Source of the DNA: a virus
Lineage: Duplodnaviria; Caudoviricetes
DNA length: 64,000 bases
Strand: one strand, 5' to 3'
IMG/VR virus record: IMGVR_UViG_2857398645_000001
This document shows positions 37,636 through 46,225 of this stretch, piece by piece; within the stretch, counting starts at the first letter, position 1; each line of letters begins with the position of its first letter. A program made the position numbers and the translations under genes. The notes beneath the pieces were generated by a model. It saw only the letters and a list, made by a program, of their open reading frames with translations, was not told where the DNA came from and did no database searches.

Positions 37636-37848
37636 TCAAACAGGGTTGGGGGTTGCCAACCGCCACCCCTCACCCGTCGACACGAACCGCACCCCCGGCA
37701 GCTCACCAACCCCCAGCCCCGACACCGTGCACAGCACTCCGGCCGGGACCATGACGGGGTCCCCGATCGGATACTCCACCCCCGAGGCCACGCCCGTCAG
37801 CTCAGCAGCATCCCCGTCGACCATCGACACCTCGAACACATCACTCAT
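37636..37848 (-). CDS. Hypothetical protein
   Basis: ORF follows the endonuclease gene; plausible beta-rich composition. Confidence 0.45.
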   Translation of the reverse strand: MSDVFEVSMVDGDAAELTGVASGVEYPIGDPVMVPAGVLCTVSGLGVGELPGVRFVSTGEGWRLATPNPV

Positions 37849-37858
37849 GATCCAAAGG

Positions 37859-38743
37859 CTAGCCGCCACAAGGCGCATCCAAGCGCCGCGCACGCACGGC
37901 GGCGAACAGCCCAGGGTCCCACCCCGCCCGCTGCGCCCGCTCCACCGTCTTCGCATAACACTTGCCCATGTCCGGGTAGACCAGCCCCAACCGCACCGCC
38001 GGAGGATGATCCAGGTAGCCCGCCCACACGCACCCCGCGACGTGCGGGCACTCGTCAATCCAGGCGTTGCAGTGACAGCACAGCAGCCCCCGGACGAGCC
38101 CGGTGAACGGGTCGTGGTCGACGAATTCCCCCGGCCCGCCGCACGCCGCGCACCCCGGCCCGAACTCCTCCGCCAGCGCCCGCCGGGCTCTCCCCCGTGC
38201 ACCGGCGCCACCCAGCCACATGGGCCACACAACAAGGCATCGGGCGGGGCACCGCCGCTGTGGCGGCACCAGGGCGGCGTCGACCGGCTCACCCACCGGA
38301 CGGACCTTCCAGGCAAGGCTGCGTCTACGGCCCTCGCTCCCAGGCGGAGGATGGACGCGGTAGCAGGTACCGTCCGTCCACCAGCAGATGTGCTGTTCGT
38401 GTTTCCAAGGGGCATCCTGGCGGGCGCGCACGGGCCGGTGCCCGCACACCATGCGCCCCTCATCCCACAGGTGGAAACGGCCATCGTCGCCCGCAATAGC
38501 GCGCGGGGCAACACTGCCCCCACTGCGGACCGGGCAGGCGTAGACCGACGACTCCCGCACCCACGCGTCCAGCCCGGCCTGATCGAAGGTGAGCGCGTAT
38601 CGCCACACCAGCAGAAGCCGCCGGTGCTCGGGGAGAGCATCGAGCCCGCGCGGCACCGCGCCAGGGATCGGATTCCGGGCGGCCGGCGCATAGGAGGGCG
38701 GCGCGGCCACGATGCGGTCGGGGGCCATCCGGCCGCCCATCAC
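37859..38743 (-). CDS. Protein with C-terminal endonuclease VII-like domain
   Basis: CAAC..VDHDPFTGLVRGLLCCHCN. Confidence 0.75.
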   Translation of the reverse strand: MMGGRMAPDRIVAAPPSYAPAARNPIPGAVPRGLDALPEHRRLLLVWRYALTFDQAGLDAWVRESSVYACPVRSGGSVAPRAIAGDDGRFHLWDEGRMVCGHRPVRARQDAPWKHEQHICWWTDGTCYRVHPPPGSEGRRRSLAWKVRPVGEPVDAALVPPQRRCPARCLVVWPMWLGGAGARGRARRALAEEFGPGCAACGGPGEFVDHDPFTGLVRGLLCCHCNAWIDECPHVAGCVWAGYLDHPPAVRLGLVYPDMGKCYAKTVERAQRAGWDPGLFAAVRARRLDAPCGG

Positions 38744-39429
38744 ATGTCGGCCTTCTCGCACACCTCGCCCGCGCACGCCAGCACGAACGGCCACCGCCAC
38801 GGCGTGCCCGCCCCGCGCGCGTGCGCATCGTAGGGGTACACGCGGTACCGGCCGCCCCACCGGCGGCACAGCAGCATCACGGCTTCCTCGATCTCGCCCT
38901 CCGCCGGGTCATGCATCTCAGAGCGGAACACCACCCCCACATGCCCGTGTGGTGCTGTCACCGTCCACCGGGACAACGGGAACACGTCGCGCGTCTGCCG
39001 GAACCCGATCTCCCGCCCAGGCCGGAACCCGTGGTTCTCCTCGAACCCGTCCCAGAACTCGTTAACTTCACGCAGGGGATGGTCTGCGTAATCGTGGTGG
39101 ATCGCCCCCGGGGACATCTTGAAGGAGTGCGGCTTGCCCACTGCCCGCCCCAAGTAGTCGGCTTGCGCGGTCAGAACGATCCGGGCTCCGCCTTCCGCAG
39201 GCACGTCGACACCGTCCATGGGGCCCGCAACGATGGTCCACATTCCATCGCCGGAGGGGCGCGCCCACGCCGTGGACGACACCGCGGTGAAATCCTCACC
39301 AGGGGACCATGTCGGGGCGCCGAACTGGGCGTGGGGCAGGACCACCAGGACCTCGAAACGGTCGACGGGGTCGTGCGGGTCAGCGGCCTGTGCCGCTCGG
39401 GTGAGGCGTCGGCGCAATCCTCTACGCAT
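38740..39429 (-). CDS. Hypothetical protein
   Basis: Coupled to downstream gene; plausible composition. Confidence 0.6.
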   Translation of the reverse strand: MRRGLRRRLTRAAQAADPHDPVDRFEVLVVLPHAQFGAPTWSPGEDFTAVSSTAWARPSGDGMWTIVAGPMDGVDVPAEGGARIVLTAQADYLGRAVGKPHSFKMSPGAIHHDYADHPLREVNEFWDGFEENHGFRPGREIGFRQTRDVFPLSRWTVTAPHGHVGVVFRSEMHDPAEGEIEEAVMLLCRRWGGRYRVYPYDAHARGAGTPWRWPFVLACAGEVCEKADM

Positions 39430-39689
39430 CTCATGCCCCCTAAGGTTCAGGGAATCGTTTCGAGGTTACCGGTGGGGACGCGAGGCCGCCTTCGTTTTTG
39501 TTGGATAAGTTCTTCAAAGGTGCAGCGTCGTGCGGTGGGAGGCCTGTTCATGTGCGAGGTCGGCGATCGCCTCACGCCGATCCGGTGGTGGCCATCGCCC
39601 AGTCGACCATCCGGATGCCCTCCTCGCTAATGAGGTGGTGGCTGTTCAGCTCGATGAGGCCAGGGCGGCCTCCTCGGGCCCATCGGGCC

Positions 39690-40208
39690 TCAGTCGTTGG
39701 GGAGCGCGTCCATGTAGATGAGGTCGCACGGGCGGTGGCCCCAATACCCCCCGCGCCTGATCACCCCAGCCCTCTTAAATCCAGCCTTCTCGTAAGCGCT
39801 AATAGCACTGGCATTGGGCTCCAAAGCCTGAAGCCAGACGCATTGCCGACCTGCGACCCCGAACGCGTAATCAAGGGCCAGCCGAGTCGCCATTGCGGCA
39901 TACCCATTCCCCCGGGCTTCTGGAGCAATGATCAGGTGGTACTCGGCCGTCCTCACAACGTCGTCATTATCGAACCTCACCATACCGACAGGCGTTGAAT
40001 CGGCGGTGACCAGCTCAAAAGAATGGGTGTCCCGCTGAGGGTGGTCCCATCGCATCTCGTAGCGGTCAAGTGTAGGGGGGAACCGGTTCCCGAAACCCCG
40101 AATGGTCTCGCTGTCGGATATCCACCTGTGGTAGACGGGGATCATTTCCTTACGCGACACGGCAAGACTCAGAGGGTTTCCCGGGTATACGATAACGGGT
40201 TCGTCCAT
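39690..40208 (-). CDS. GNAT acetyltransferase (RimL/SpeG-like)
   Basis: ARGNGYA, LDYAF, NASAISAYEKAGF motifs. Confidence 0.88.
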   Translation of the reverse strand: MDEPVIVYPGNPLSLAVSRKEMIPVYHRWISDSETIRGFGNRFPPTLDRYEMRWDHPQRDTHSFELVTADSTPVGMVRFDNDDVVRTAEYHLIIAPEARGNGYAAMATRLALDYAFGVAGRQCVWLQALEPNASAISAYEKAGFKRAGVIRRGGYWGHRPCDLIYMDALPND

Positions 40209-40310
40209 ATGGTGCCCCTGTTTCGCGCGAGTATTCAAGTTACTCATGATGGTAGCACAGCGCCAAAAAATGACCCGTTTCACCCTGACACATCCGGGAA
40301 GAATCCGCTC

Positions 40311-40454
40311 ATGGGTGACCTTTCGCATGATCATGGGGCATCATTCAGCGACCAGGGAAAACATGACGGGACGCCCAAGTTCTGCGACCACTGCGGCGCT
40401 GACAACTCTGTCATGAGTATTAACTGCCGAAAGTGCGGCCGACCACTGCCGTAG
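40311..40454 (+). CDS. Small zinc-ribbon peptide, 47 aa
   Basis: FCDHCGADNSVMSINCRKCGRPL; followed by an inverted repeat; weak RBS. Confidence 0.5.
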   Translation: MGDLSHDHGASFSDQGKHDGTPKFCDHCGADNSVMSINCRKCGRPLP

Positions 40455-40505
40455 ACACACAAGAACCCCTAGCTGGGCCACGCGCCAGGGGTTCCCTCTC
40501 ACTCC

Positions 40506-40799
40506 CTACATGGATTCGTCGTTGATCCGCATGATCTGCACCAGCACCTCGTCGAGCTGCCACAGCAGACGGGCAGCCTCAGACGCGCCCTCCATCTCTT
40601 CCGGGACGGCCGGCAGGGGAAGGCGGCACAGCCGCCCGTGCAGGATGTAGATGCGGGCCTTCTCGATGGCCGCACGGATCGCCTCAGGGTCGCGCACCGT
40701 CTCGGGGTCGGTGAAGTCGCCGAACCACGTCAGCGCGGTGGTGACCATCTCGGCGGTGAGCGATCCGCCGTCGCTGCCTTTGACCTCTAACCGCCTCAT
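40506..40799 (-). CDS. Hypothetical protein
   Basis: Last of four coupled small genes. Confidence 0.6.
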   Translation of the reverse strand: MRRLEVKGSDGGSLTAEMVTTALTWFGDFTDPETVRDPEAIRAAIEKARIYILHGRLCRLPLPAVPEEMEGASEAARLLWQLDEVLVQIMRINDESM

Positions 40800-41125
40800 C
40801 GGTGTCCTTTCCCCGCGGCCACGAGAGCGGCCGGGGCCGCGCCGCCGCCTGTCTCGGTGTCTCCCGCGGTTCGGGATCGGTGTTCGGCCCGCAGGGATGC
40901 CGCGCGCCGGTTTTGGCCTTCCAACGCGACCCGCAGCGCCCCCAGACCGACCGCCCGCACCTGGTCATACAGCCCCGGTGTCTCGTACCACGGGGCGTCC
41001 AACGGCGTTCGCCGCTGGGCGACGCAGAGCAGGCCACCGGCTATCCGCTCCGTGCGGATCGTCCAGTCGGGGTAGTCGCGTCTGAGCGCGGCCAGCTCGG
41101 TCTCGTGTTCCGTTGGGGCGTTCAC
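40796..41125 (-). CDS. Small protein, paralog family (LRRDYPDWTI)
   Basis: Coupled operon; motif shared with neighbours. Confidence 0.65.
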   Translation of the reverse strand: MNAPTEHETELAALRRDYPDWTIRTERIAGGLLCVAQRRTPLDAPWYETPGLYDQVRAVGLGALRVALEGQNRRAASLRAEHRSRTAGDTETGGGAAPAALVAAGKGHR

Positions 41126-41382
41126 CGTTCCGGCCTTGAGAGCTCAGCGTTGCCCCGGAGGCCTTCTCTCAGCGCCTCCTGGACGCACAGCTTGTCTTCT
41201 AGGGTGCTGAGGTCGGGGGCGGGTAGTTCAGTGTGGACCTGGCCCCACTCGGCGGCCGGGTTGCGGGGCTCGGTGCGGTGCACCGCGCGCAGCAGCCCGC
41301 CGGGCTCGGGGGTGATCTCCCAGTGCTGGCCGTGCTTGGCGCGGACCTCCTCGAGCAGCACATCAGTCGTGGGGGATGCCAT
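41122..41382 (-). CDS. Small protein, paralog family (VRAKHGQHWEI)
   Basis: Coupled operon; motif shared with neighbours. Confidence 0.65.
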   Translation of the reverse strand: MASPTTDVLLEEVRAKHGQHWEITPEPGGLLRAVHRTEPRNPAAEWGQVHTELPAPDLSTLEDKLCVQEALREGLRGNAELSRPER

Positions 41383-41385
41383 GGG

Positions 41386-41616
41386 TCACCGCTCCTTCTC
41401 CAGCAGCTCCCGCAACTCGTCAGCGGTAGCCGCGCTGAACTGCGCGGCGTCGGCGAGGCGCTGGGAGCACCACGCACCCGGGGTCATGTCCTCGCGGGTG
41501 GCCCGCCAGATGAGGTGGTCGTCGTAGCGGACCCGTAGGAGCCGCAGCTCGGTCTCGTCCTCGCTCTCGCCGGGCCACGCGTGGAGGGTGTGGCGTCGCT
41601 CCTGGCGGATCGTCAT
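41386..41616 (-). CDS. Small protein, paralog family (LRVRYDDHLIW)
   Basis: GGGAGGA RBS; AATADELRELL ending. Confidence 0.65.
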   Translation of the reverse strand: MTIRQERRHTLHAWPGESEDETELRLLRVRYDDHLIWRATREDMTPGAWCSQRLADAAQFSAATADELRELLEKER

Positions 41617-41673
41617 GTGTCCTCCCTTGTCGTCGGGGTGTCGCCGACGCTACGCAGGCAAAGGGAGGAAACC

Positions 41674-41777
41674 CAGGTACAAGGTGTACGGTTCTTGGTC
41701 TCAGACGACGGCCGACCCGTACAAGGTGTACGGGTCGGCCTTTTCGATCATCGTGACCCGTACAAGGTGTACGGGTC
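41674..41777. promoter_or_regulatory. Three palindromic operators CCCGTACA-AGG-TGTACGGG
   Basis: GTAC cores at 41677, 41719 and 41760 (42 and 41 bp spacing). Confidence 0.8.
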
Positions 41778-41785
41778 TTCGGCTG

Positions 41786-42994
41786 CTATTCGCTGCCCTG
41801 CATGCCCTGCCCCTCCGACACCGCCTCGGCCATGCGCCGCAGCGCCTCGGGCAGCTGTGTCTTGCGCGCCGCCAAGTCAGCGACGACGGAGTTGGCGACG
41901 CGCTGGTGCCGGAACCACTCCGGACTGATGCTGTAAGCCCGGTCGGCGACCGCGATCGCCTCATCCACGCTCCGCCGCCGCTCCAGCGCCGCCGCCTCGT
42001 TCAGCGAGTGTCGGGCGTAGCTGATCGGGAAGAGCGCCCGGGGGTCCACCCGCGCGGACGCCTCCAGCGCCTTGCCGGGCTGGTCGGCGGCCGTCCACAC
42101 GTGCGCTTCCTGCATCGCCACACTGGTCGGCCCGAAACTGACCCAGTAGTCGTGGCGGTCCTCACCCATCAGCTCCGCGCCCGCCCGAGCCCGCGCCAGA
42201 TACTGCTGGGCGTCGTCGTGCCGCTCCGCTGCCCCGGCCACCACCGCCGCGTGCAGCAGCTGCCCGCCCCACGCCGTGAGCTGGCGGCGGTCGGTGGTCG
42301 ACCACGACGGCTCGATCGACTCCGCAGTGCGCACCGCCAAAGACTCGGCCTGGTGGTGGCGCCCCATCCGCAGCAGGATCCAGGTGTAGGTGCCGTACAG
42401 GGTCGCCAGCCGGTATTCGTCGTCGCCCTCGGTGGCGGCCTGGATCCCGCGCTCCGAAGCCAGGAGGGACGCATCATCCTTGCCGGTGTGGATCATCAGG
42501 CACGCGGCGAGCTGGTAGGCGTGGGCGTAGGCGGCCGCCACCGGGCCCGGCCCCAGTGCGTGGCGGGTGACCCGGCACTCGGCCAGCAGGTTCGGCAGCG
42601 CGCAGGCGAGCGCACCGAAATGCCCGGCGAAATACGCCCCGTAGGCGCGCTCGACCTGGCGCCACAGCTCGCCCGGGTCGCTGGGCTCCCCGTCCTCCTC
42701 GTCCATGCCGGGCAGCAGCGCGGGGTCGCTGACCGCATCGCGCACCGCGAGCACCCCGGCCTCGCCGACACGCTGCACCCGGTTGGACTTGCCGACGAGC
42801 ACGGACAGGTCTTCGTCGAGGCCGCGGGCGATCTTGGTGAGGCTGGTGAGCTTCGCGGTCTTGCGCGAGCCGCGTTCCAGCTTGGAGATGAGTTCCACGG
42901 AGACCCCGGAGCGGCGCGCGAGCTGGGCTTGGGTCATGCCGTGGTCGGTGCGAAGCTTCCGGAGGCGGGGGCCGATGCTGATAGTGTCGTCCAT
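41786..42994 (-). CDS. XRE-family regulator with C-terminal TPR-like domain
   Basis: GMTQAQLARRSGVSVELISKLERG; SFGPTSV and SPEWFRHQ motifs. Confidence 0.9.
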   Translation of the reverse strand: MDDTISIGPRLRKLRTDHGMTQAQLARRSGVSVELISKLERGSRKTAKLTSLTKIARGLDEDLSVLVGKSNRVQRVGEAGVLAVRDAVSDPALLPGMDEEDGEPSDPGELWRQVERAYGAYFAGHFGALACALPNLLAECRVTRHALGPGPVAAAYAHAYQLAACLMIHTGKDDASLLASERGIQAATEGDDEYRLATLYGTYTWILLRMGRHHQAESLAVRTAESIEPSWSTTDRRQLTAWGGQLLHAAVVAGAAERHDDAQQYLARARAGAELMGEDRHDYWVSFGPTSVAMQEAHVWTAADQPGKALEASARVDPRALFPISYARHSLNEAAALERRRSVDEAIAVADRAYSISPEWFRHQRVANSVVADLAARKTQLPEALRRMAEAVSEGQGMQGSE

Positions 42995-43077
42995 GGATTG
43001 AGCCCGTCCTATCTGTCAGTGGCACTGTCAGGATAGGGCGGGCTTTTCCACGTGTCAGGGGAGTGTCGTCGCCGTGA

Positions 43078-44199
43078 CTATCCGGGCGCCGCGTGGGTGA
43101 GCGGGCGGTCGGGGTTGTCGAGCCATACCTGCTGGCCCTCGGCGGTGACGGTCAGGCCGAACCGGTCGTGTTCAGGGCGGCCCGCCTTGAGCCACCACGC
43201 ATAGGCGGCCGCCAGCTCGTCGAACAGCGACCGCGGCCCGTGCTGGCGCACACGGTACTCCCGGACCGTCTCCGGGGTGATCCGCCAGGACGCCCACGAC
43301 CCCGATTCGGGATCCATCAGGTAAACAGTGAACCGGCCATCGGAGACCTCACCGTCGTGCACCACGGTGGACAGCATCCTTGGCACCCGCAGGCCGACCG
43401 CGAACGACGCGTCGAAGTCCGCGACCGGCTCATAGGGGTGCAGGTCGGTGACGGACTCGACGAAGTCGTGGCCGGGCAGCACCCGGTCCTCCACCGCACC
43501 GTGCGGGGTGCGCTGCGCGCGGACCCACATGAACCCGGCGTCGCCGCCGAAGCGGCCCTGCGCGGACCCGTCCGGCCCGACGTCGAGCCGCAGCAGCGTC
43601 CCGTTGTGGAACGCTGTCCCCCATGGGGTGACGATTCGCCCTCCGGGCTGGGCCTGGGCCACCCACGTGTGGGGCACCTGCTGCACTGCGGCCGTGGAGA
43701 TCACCCTGTCGTAGGGTGCGCCCTCGGGCCATCCGGCCATCCCGTCACCGGCGACCACCTGCGGGTGGAACCCGGCCGCAGCGATGCGCTCGCGCGCGGT
43801 CTCGGCCAGGTCAGGGTCGACTTCTATGGTGGTGACGTTCTCCTCGCCCAGGCGGGCGCACAGCAGCGACGCGTTCCACCCCGTGCCAGTGCCGACCTCC
43901 AGGACCCGGTGCCCCTCCTCGGCATTCAGAGCGTCCAGCATCATCACGACGATCGACGGTTTGGACGCCGAGGAGGACACATAGCCGTCCCCCGATCCGG
44001 TGCCGTCGTCGAGCTGGGTGATGACGGGGGCGTCGGCGTTGGCGAGTTCAGCCCACCGGGCAGGGTTGGTCGCCCGGTCGACAGGGCGGCGCTGCCCATC
44101 CCACACCTGGTCGGGGATGAACGCGACGCGCGGCACCCGCTCGAACGCTTCGCTCCACGCTGGGGGCACCTGGTGCGGTTCGAGGAGGGGGGTGGCCAC
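43078..44199 (-). CDS. PIMT-family O-methyltransferase (imiditide-type)
   Basis: VPRVAFIP, TQLDDG, SSASKP, VLEVGTGTGWNA, AGFMWVRAQR, GPRSLFDELAAAYAWW..RFGLTV. Confidence 0.92.
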   Translation of the reverse strand: MATPLLEPHQVPPAWSEAFERVPRVAFIPDQVWDGQRRPVDRATNPARWAELANADAPVITQLDDGTGSGDGYVSSSASKPSIVVMMLDALNAEEGHRVLEVGTGTGWNASLLCARLGEENVTTIEVDPDLAETARERIAAAGFHPQVVAGDGMAGWPEGAPYDRVISTAAVQQVPHTWVAQAQPGGRIVTPWGTAFHNGTLLRLDVGPDGSAQGRFGGDAGFMWVRAQRTPHGAVEDRVLPGHDFVESVTDLHPYEPVADFDASFAVGLRVPRMLSTVVHDGEVSDGRFTVYLMDPESGSWASWRITPETVREYRVRQHGPRSLFDELAAAYAWWLKAGRPEHDRFGLTVTAEGQQVWLDNPDRPLTHAAPG

Positions 44200-44291
44200 T
44201 ACTTGTCCTTCTTCTCGGGCGGGGGCGGTGGGGGGATTTCCTTCTCGGGTTTGTGGCCGTCGTGGTTGGAGTTGTCTTCGTGCTTACCCAC
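44199..44291 (-). CDS. Imiditide (type I pamtide)-like precursor, 30 aa (not in ORF track)
   Basis: AAGGAG RBS; MGKHEDNSNHDGHKPEKEIPPPPPPEKKDK; stop overlaps PIMT start. Confidence 0.85.
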   Translation of the reverse strand: MGKHEDNSNHDGHKPEKEIPPPPPPEKKDK

Positions 44292-44351
44292 TCGGTCTCC
44301 TTTTCTGCCACGGGAGCTGCAGCATGACGGTAACCCCGTGGTTGCTGTGTG

Positions 44352-44553
44352 TCAGGGGTACGGCCGGATCCGGCCACTCGACACACAGCCGACCCCTGGC
44401 ATCAGCGACAGCGAGCACCACATCTTCTTCGCCGACACCGCAGAGCGCGTCGGTGACCCGGCCGAGGATTGGGCAGCCGAAGGCCGTTCCATGATCTTTC
44501 AACCCATTGAGGAAACCCCACCCTCGGCACGAATGGAGATCACCGTGACATGA
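44352..44553 (+). pseudogene. Remnant resembling the C-terminal part of an actinomycete NUDIX hydrolase
   Basis: GRIRPLDTQPTPGISDSEHHIFFADTAERVGDPAEDW without a Nudix box. Confidence 0.5.
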
Positions 44554-44720
44554 CGGCGCCCCGTTACTGGAGAAGTCCAGTCCAGGACGCTTCCCATTTA
44601 CCCACTTTAGAAACAAGCGCGAATCGCGCAAGCACCCAGCATTTCATCTGCTGGACGCGCGGCACACTCGAACATTTCCGCTTGCGCAGTTGAAGCGGCA
44701 TAAGTGCGGCACGGCGTTTT

Positions 44721-45104
44721 TTATGACCTGGACACTTCGGCTTCAAGGATGGCCCACCGAAGTGCGGCCACGACGCACGGGAACTCTGCATCGTCGTCCG
44801 GCTCGTCAGCACCGTGGTCGGTGGCCTCTTCGCACAGCCCGAGCTCCCATGCCTCATGCAGGTTCAGGGACACGGCGAGGATGTTCGGCCGGGCTTGGAA
44901 GGAGCGCAGCGCCGACTCCTCCTCTTCACGGGAGGCGGCCAGGCGCGTGTCCCACCCGGTGAGCTGGGCGCCGTCGGGCACGTCGGGCTCCGCTTCCACC
45001 AGGTGGCGCCACCACCGCGCCCGTCGCTCCTCGGACCACAGCTTGTCGAAGCGCGCAGTCTCAACTGTCAGCGATTCCACGAGCTTCGCCTGAGCGTTCT
45101 TCAT
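44721..45104 (-). CDS. Hypothetical protein
   Basis: GGAAGGA RBS; acidic helical protein. Confidence 0.65.
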   Translation of the reverse strand: MKNAQAKLVESLTVETARFDKLWSEERRARWWRHLVEAEPDVPDGAQLTGWDTRLAASREEEESALRSFQARPNILAVSLNLHEAWELGLCEEATDHGADEPDDDAEFPCVVAALRWAILEAEVSRS

Positions 45105-45214
45105 TGTTGTCCTTCCTCGGTGATCGGATCTGGTGTCGGGGCCTCGTACAGGACCGTGACCACGGCCGACCTCTCATCCGAGGCAGAACCGAACCCCAGT
45201 GTTCGCGGTTCATG

Positions 45215-45955
45215 TCAGGCTGCCTGTCCGTTTGCGTTCGCGACCTGGTGGGCCACCAGGCCACTGTACTCATCAGGTGCGACAGTGGACCCGCACTGCC
45301 CGCACCACGCACTGTCGTCCCCCGCGCGCCGGTGCAGCATCAGGGAACCGCAGCCATCCCGGGGGCAGGGCACCCACACGGCGAGCACGGGGTGGTGGGG
45401 GCGGGCCAACCGGTCGGCGGCGCGGTGGGCTTCCAGGAGGTCCAGCCCGGCATCCGCGCCGCCGCGTTCGTCCACGGTGCCGTCGACCAGTCCCATGGGT
45501 TCCATGGGGAGCCCGAGCAGCGTCGCCAACCGGTCGGTGAGGAGCCGGCACGCCCCGGTGATGCGGGCGTGCTCGCGCCCCCACGAAGCCACCGGGGCCT
45601 CCGGGAGCCCGAGCACGCGGCGGACCCGGGCCTCCCACGCGAACACGAGCCCGGCCAGGTCGGTGAGGGCTTCGTCGACCCGGCCGTTGATCGGCATCGG
45701 CGCGCCGGTGCGCGACGTGGCCACCCGCACACCGTCATCGCCGCAGCCGGGGTGGTCGCCGATGAGTTCCCGCAGCTCCCCATACACCTTGGGCAGGTCC
45801 TCCAAGGCCCGGCGGATCAAGGTCTCACAACCCGGGCAGAACGCCCTCGGCCCCCTCGCCCCGGTTGTCTCACCGGTGCCGGGGTTGGTGGTGGCCGAGG
45901 TGCAGCGCGGCCCGCGAACGCACTCCCGCAGCGGATCGTCGGCGTCGTGGTGCAC
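45215..45955 (-). CDS. Zinc-finger phage protein (possible late regulator)
   Basis: N-terminal FCPGC and C-terminal CPRDGC..CGQC. Confidence 0.65.
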   Translation of the reverse strand: MHHDADDPLRECVRGPRCTSATTNPGTGETTGARGPRAFCPGCETLIRRALEDLPKVYGELRELIGDHPGCGDDGVRVATSRTGAPMPINGRVDEALTDLAGLVFAWEARVRRVLGLPEAPVASWGREHARITGACRLLTDRLATLLGLPMEPMGLVDGTVDERGGADAGLDLLEAHRAADRLARPHHPVLAVWVPCPRDGCGSLMLHRRAGDDSAWCGQCGSTVAPDEYSGLVAHQVANANGQAA

Positions 45956-46012
45956 GGTTCCTCCCCATGTGGTGGCTGGTGTGGGCAGGTCGGCACGCTA
46001 ACACCCCGGGCG

Positions 46013-46225
46013 TCACCCGCCGCGCAAACCGGCCTGCCGCAGCCGCGCCCGGTCGTTGAGCCAGGTGCGGGAGCATGACGGCGAGGAGGCGGTGATGACG
46101 GGGCGGCGGCTGCCGGGCGGGTACCACGCCCAGTGCTGCGAACCCGGTCGGCGCACCACCCTCCACCCGGCGTTTCTCGCGGCCCGGTACAGTGCCCGGT
46201 ACTCGCGGGGCACTCTCGCGGTCAT
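46013..46225 (-). CDS. HicA-like protein
   Basis: AGWRVVRRPGSQHWAWYPP..SSPS..ARLRQAGL. Confidence 0.7.
   Translation of the reverse strand: MTARVPREYRALYRAARNAGWRVVRRPGSQHWAWYPPGSRRPVITASSPSCSRTWLNDRARLRQAGLRGG

Larger units (their letters stand above)
32535..37640 (-). repeat. Dispersed repeat family: promoter TTTGAYTTGTGCGTRGTTTCGTGTAGT (6 copies) and hairpin with ACGGGAA(A/C) loop (8 copies here, a ninth at 54168)
   Basis: Promoters near 33107, 33444, 35253, 35726, 37118, 37608; hairpins near 32535, 33074, 33415, 34548, 35220, 35695, 37089, 37585. Confidence 0.9.

Noticed and set aside
33060-37640. Repeated leaders as integron attC sites or DGR template/variable repeats
   Set aside because: No integron integrase or reverse transcriptase in the window; repeats read as promoter plus leader and differences are not adenine-specific
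37031-38833. Long plus-strand ORFs here and elsewhere (e.g. 41588..43036, 43093..44553, 56331..57941)
   Set aside because: Antisense shadows of real high-GC genes with no recognisable motifs, apart from the NUDIX-like tail noted separately
41674-41777. Palindromic repeats with short spacers as a mini CRISPR array
   Set aside because: Only three repeats of about 19 bp with 22-23 bp gaps and no cas genes; helical phasing beside an XRE gene fits operators better
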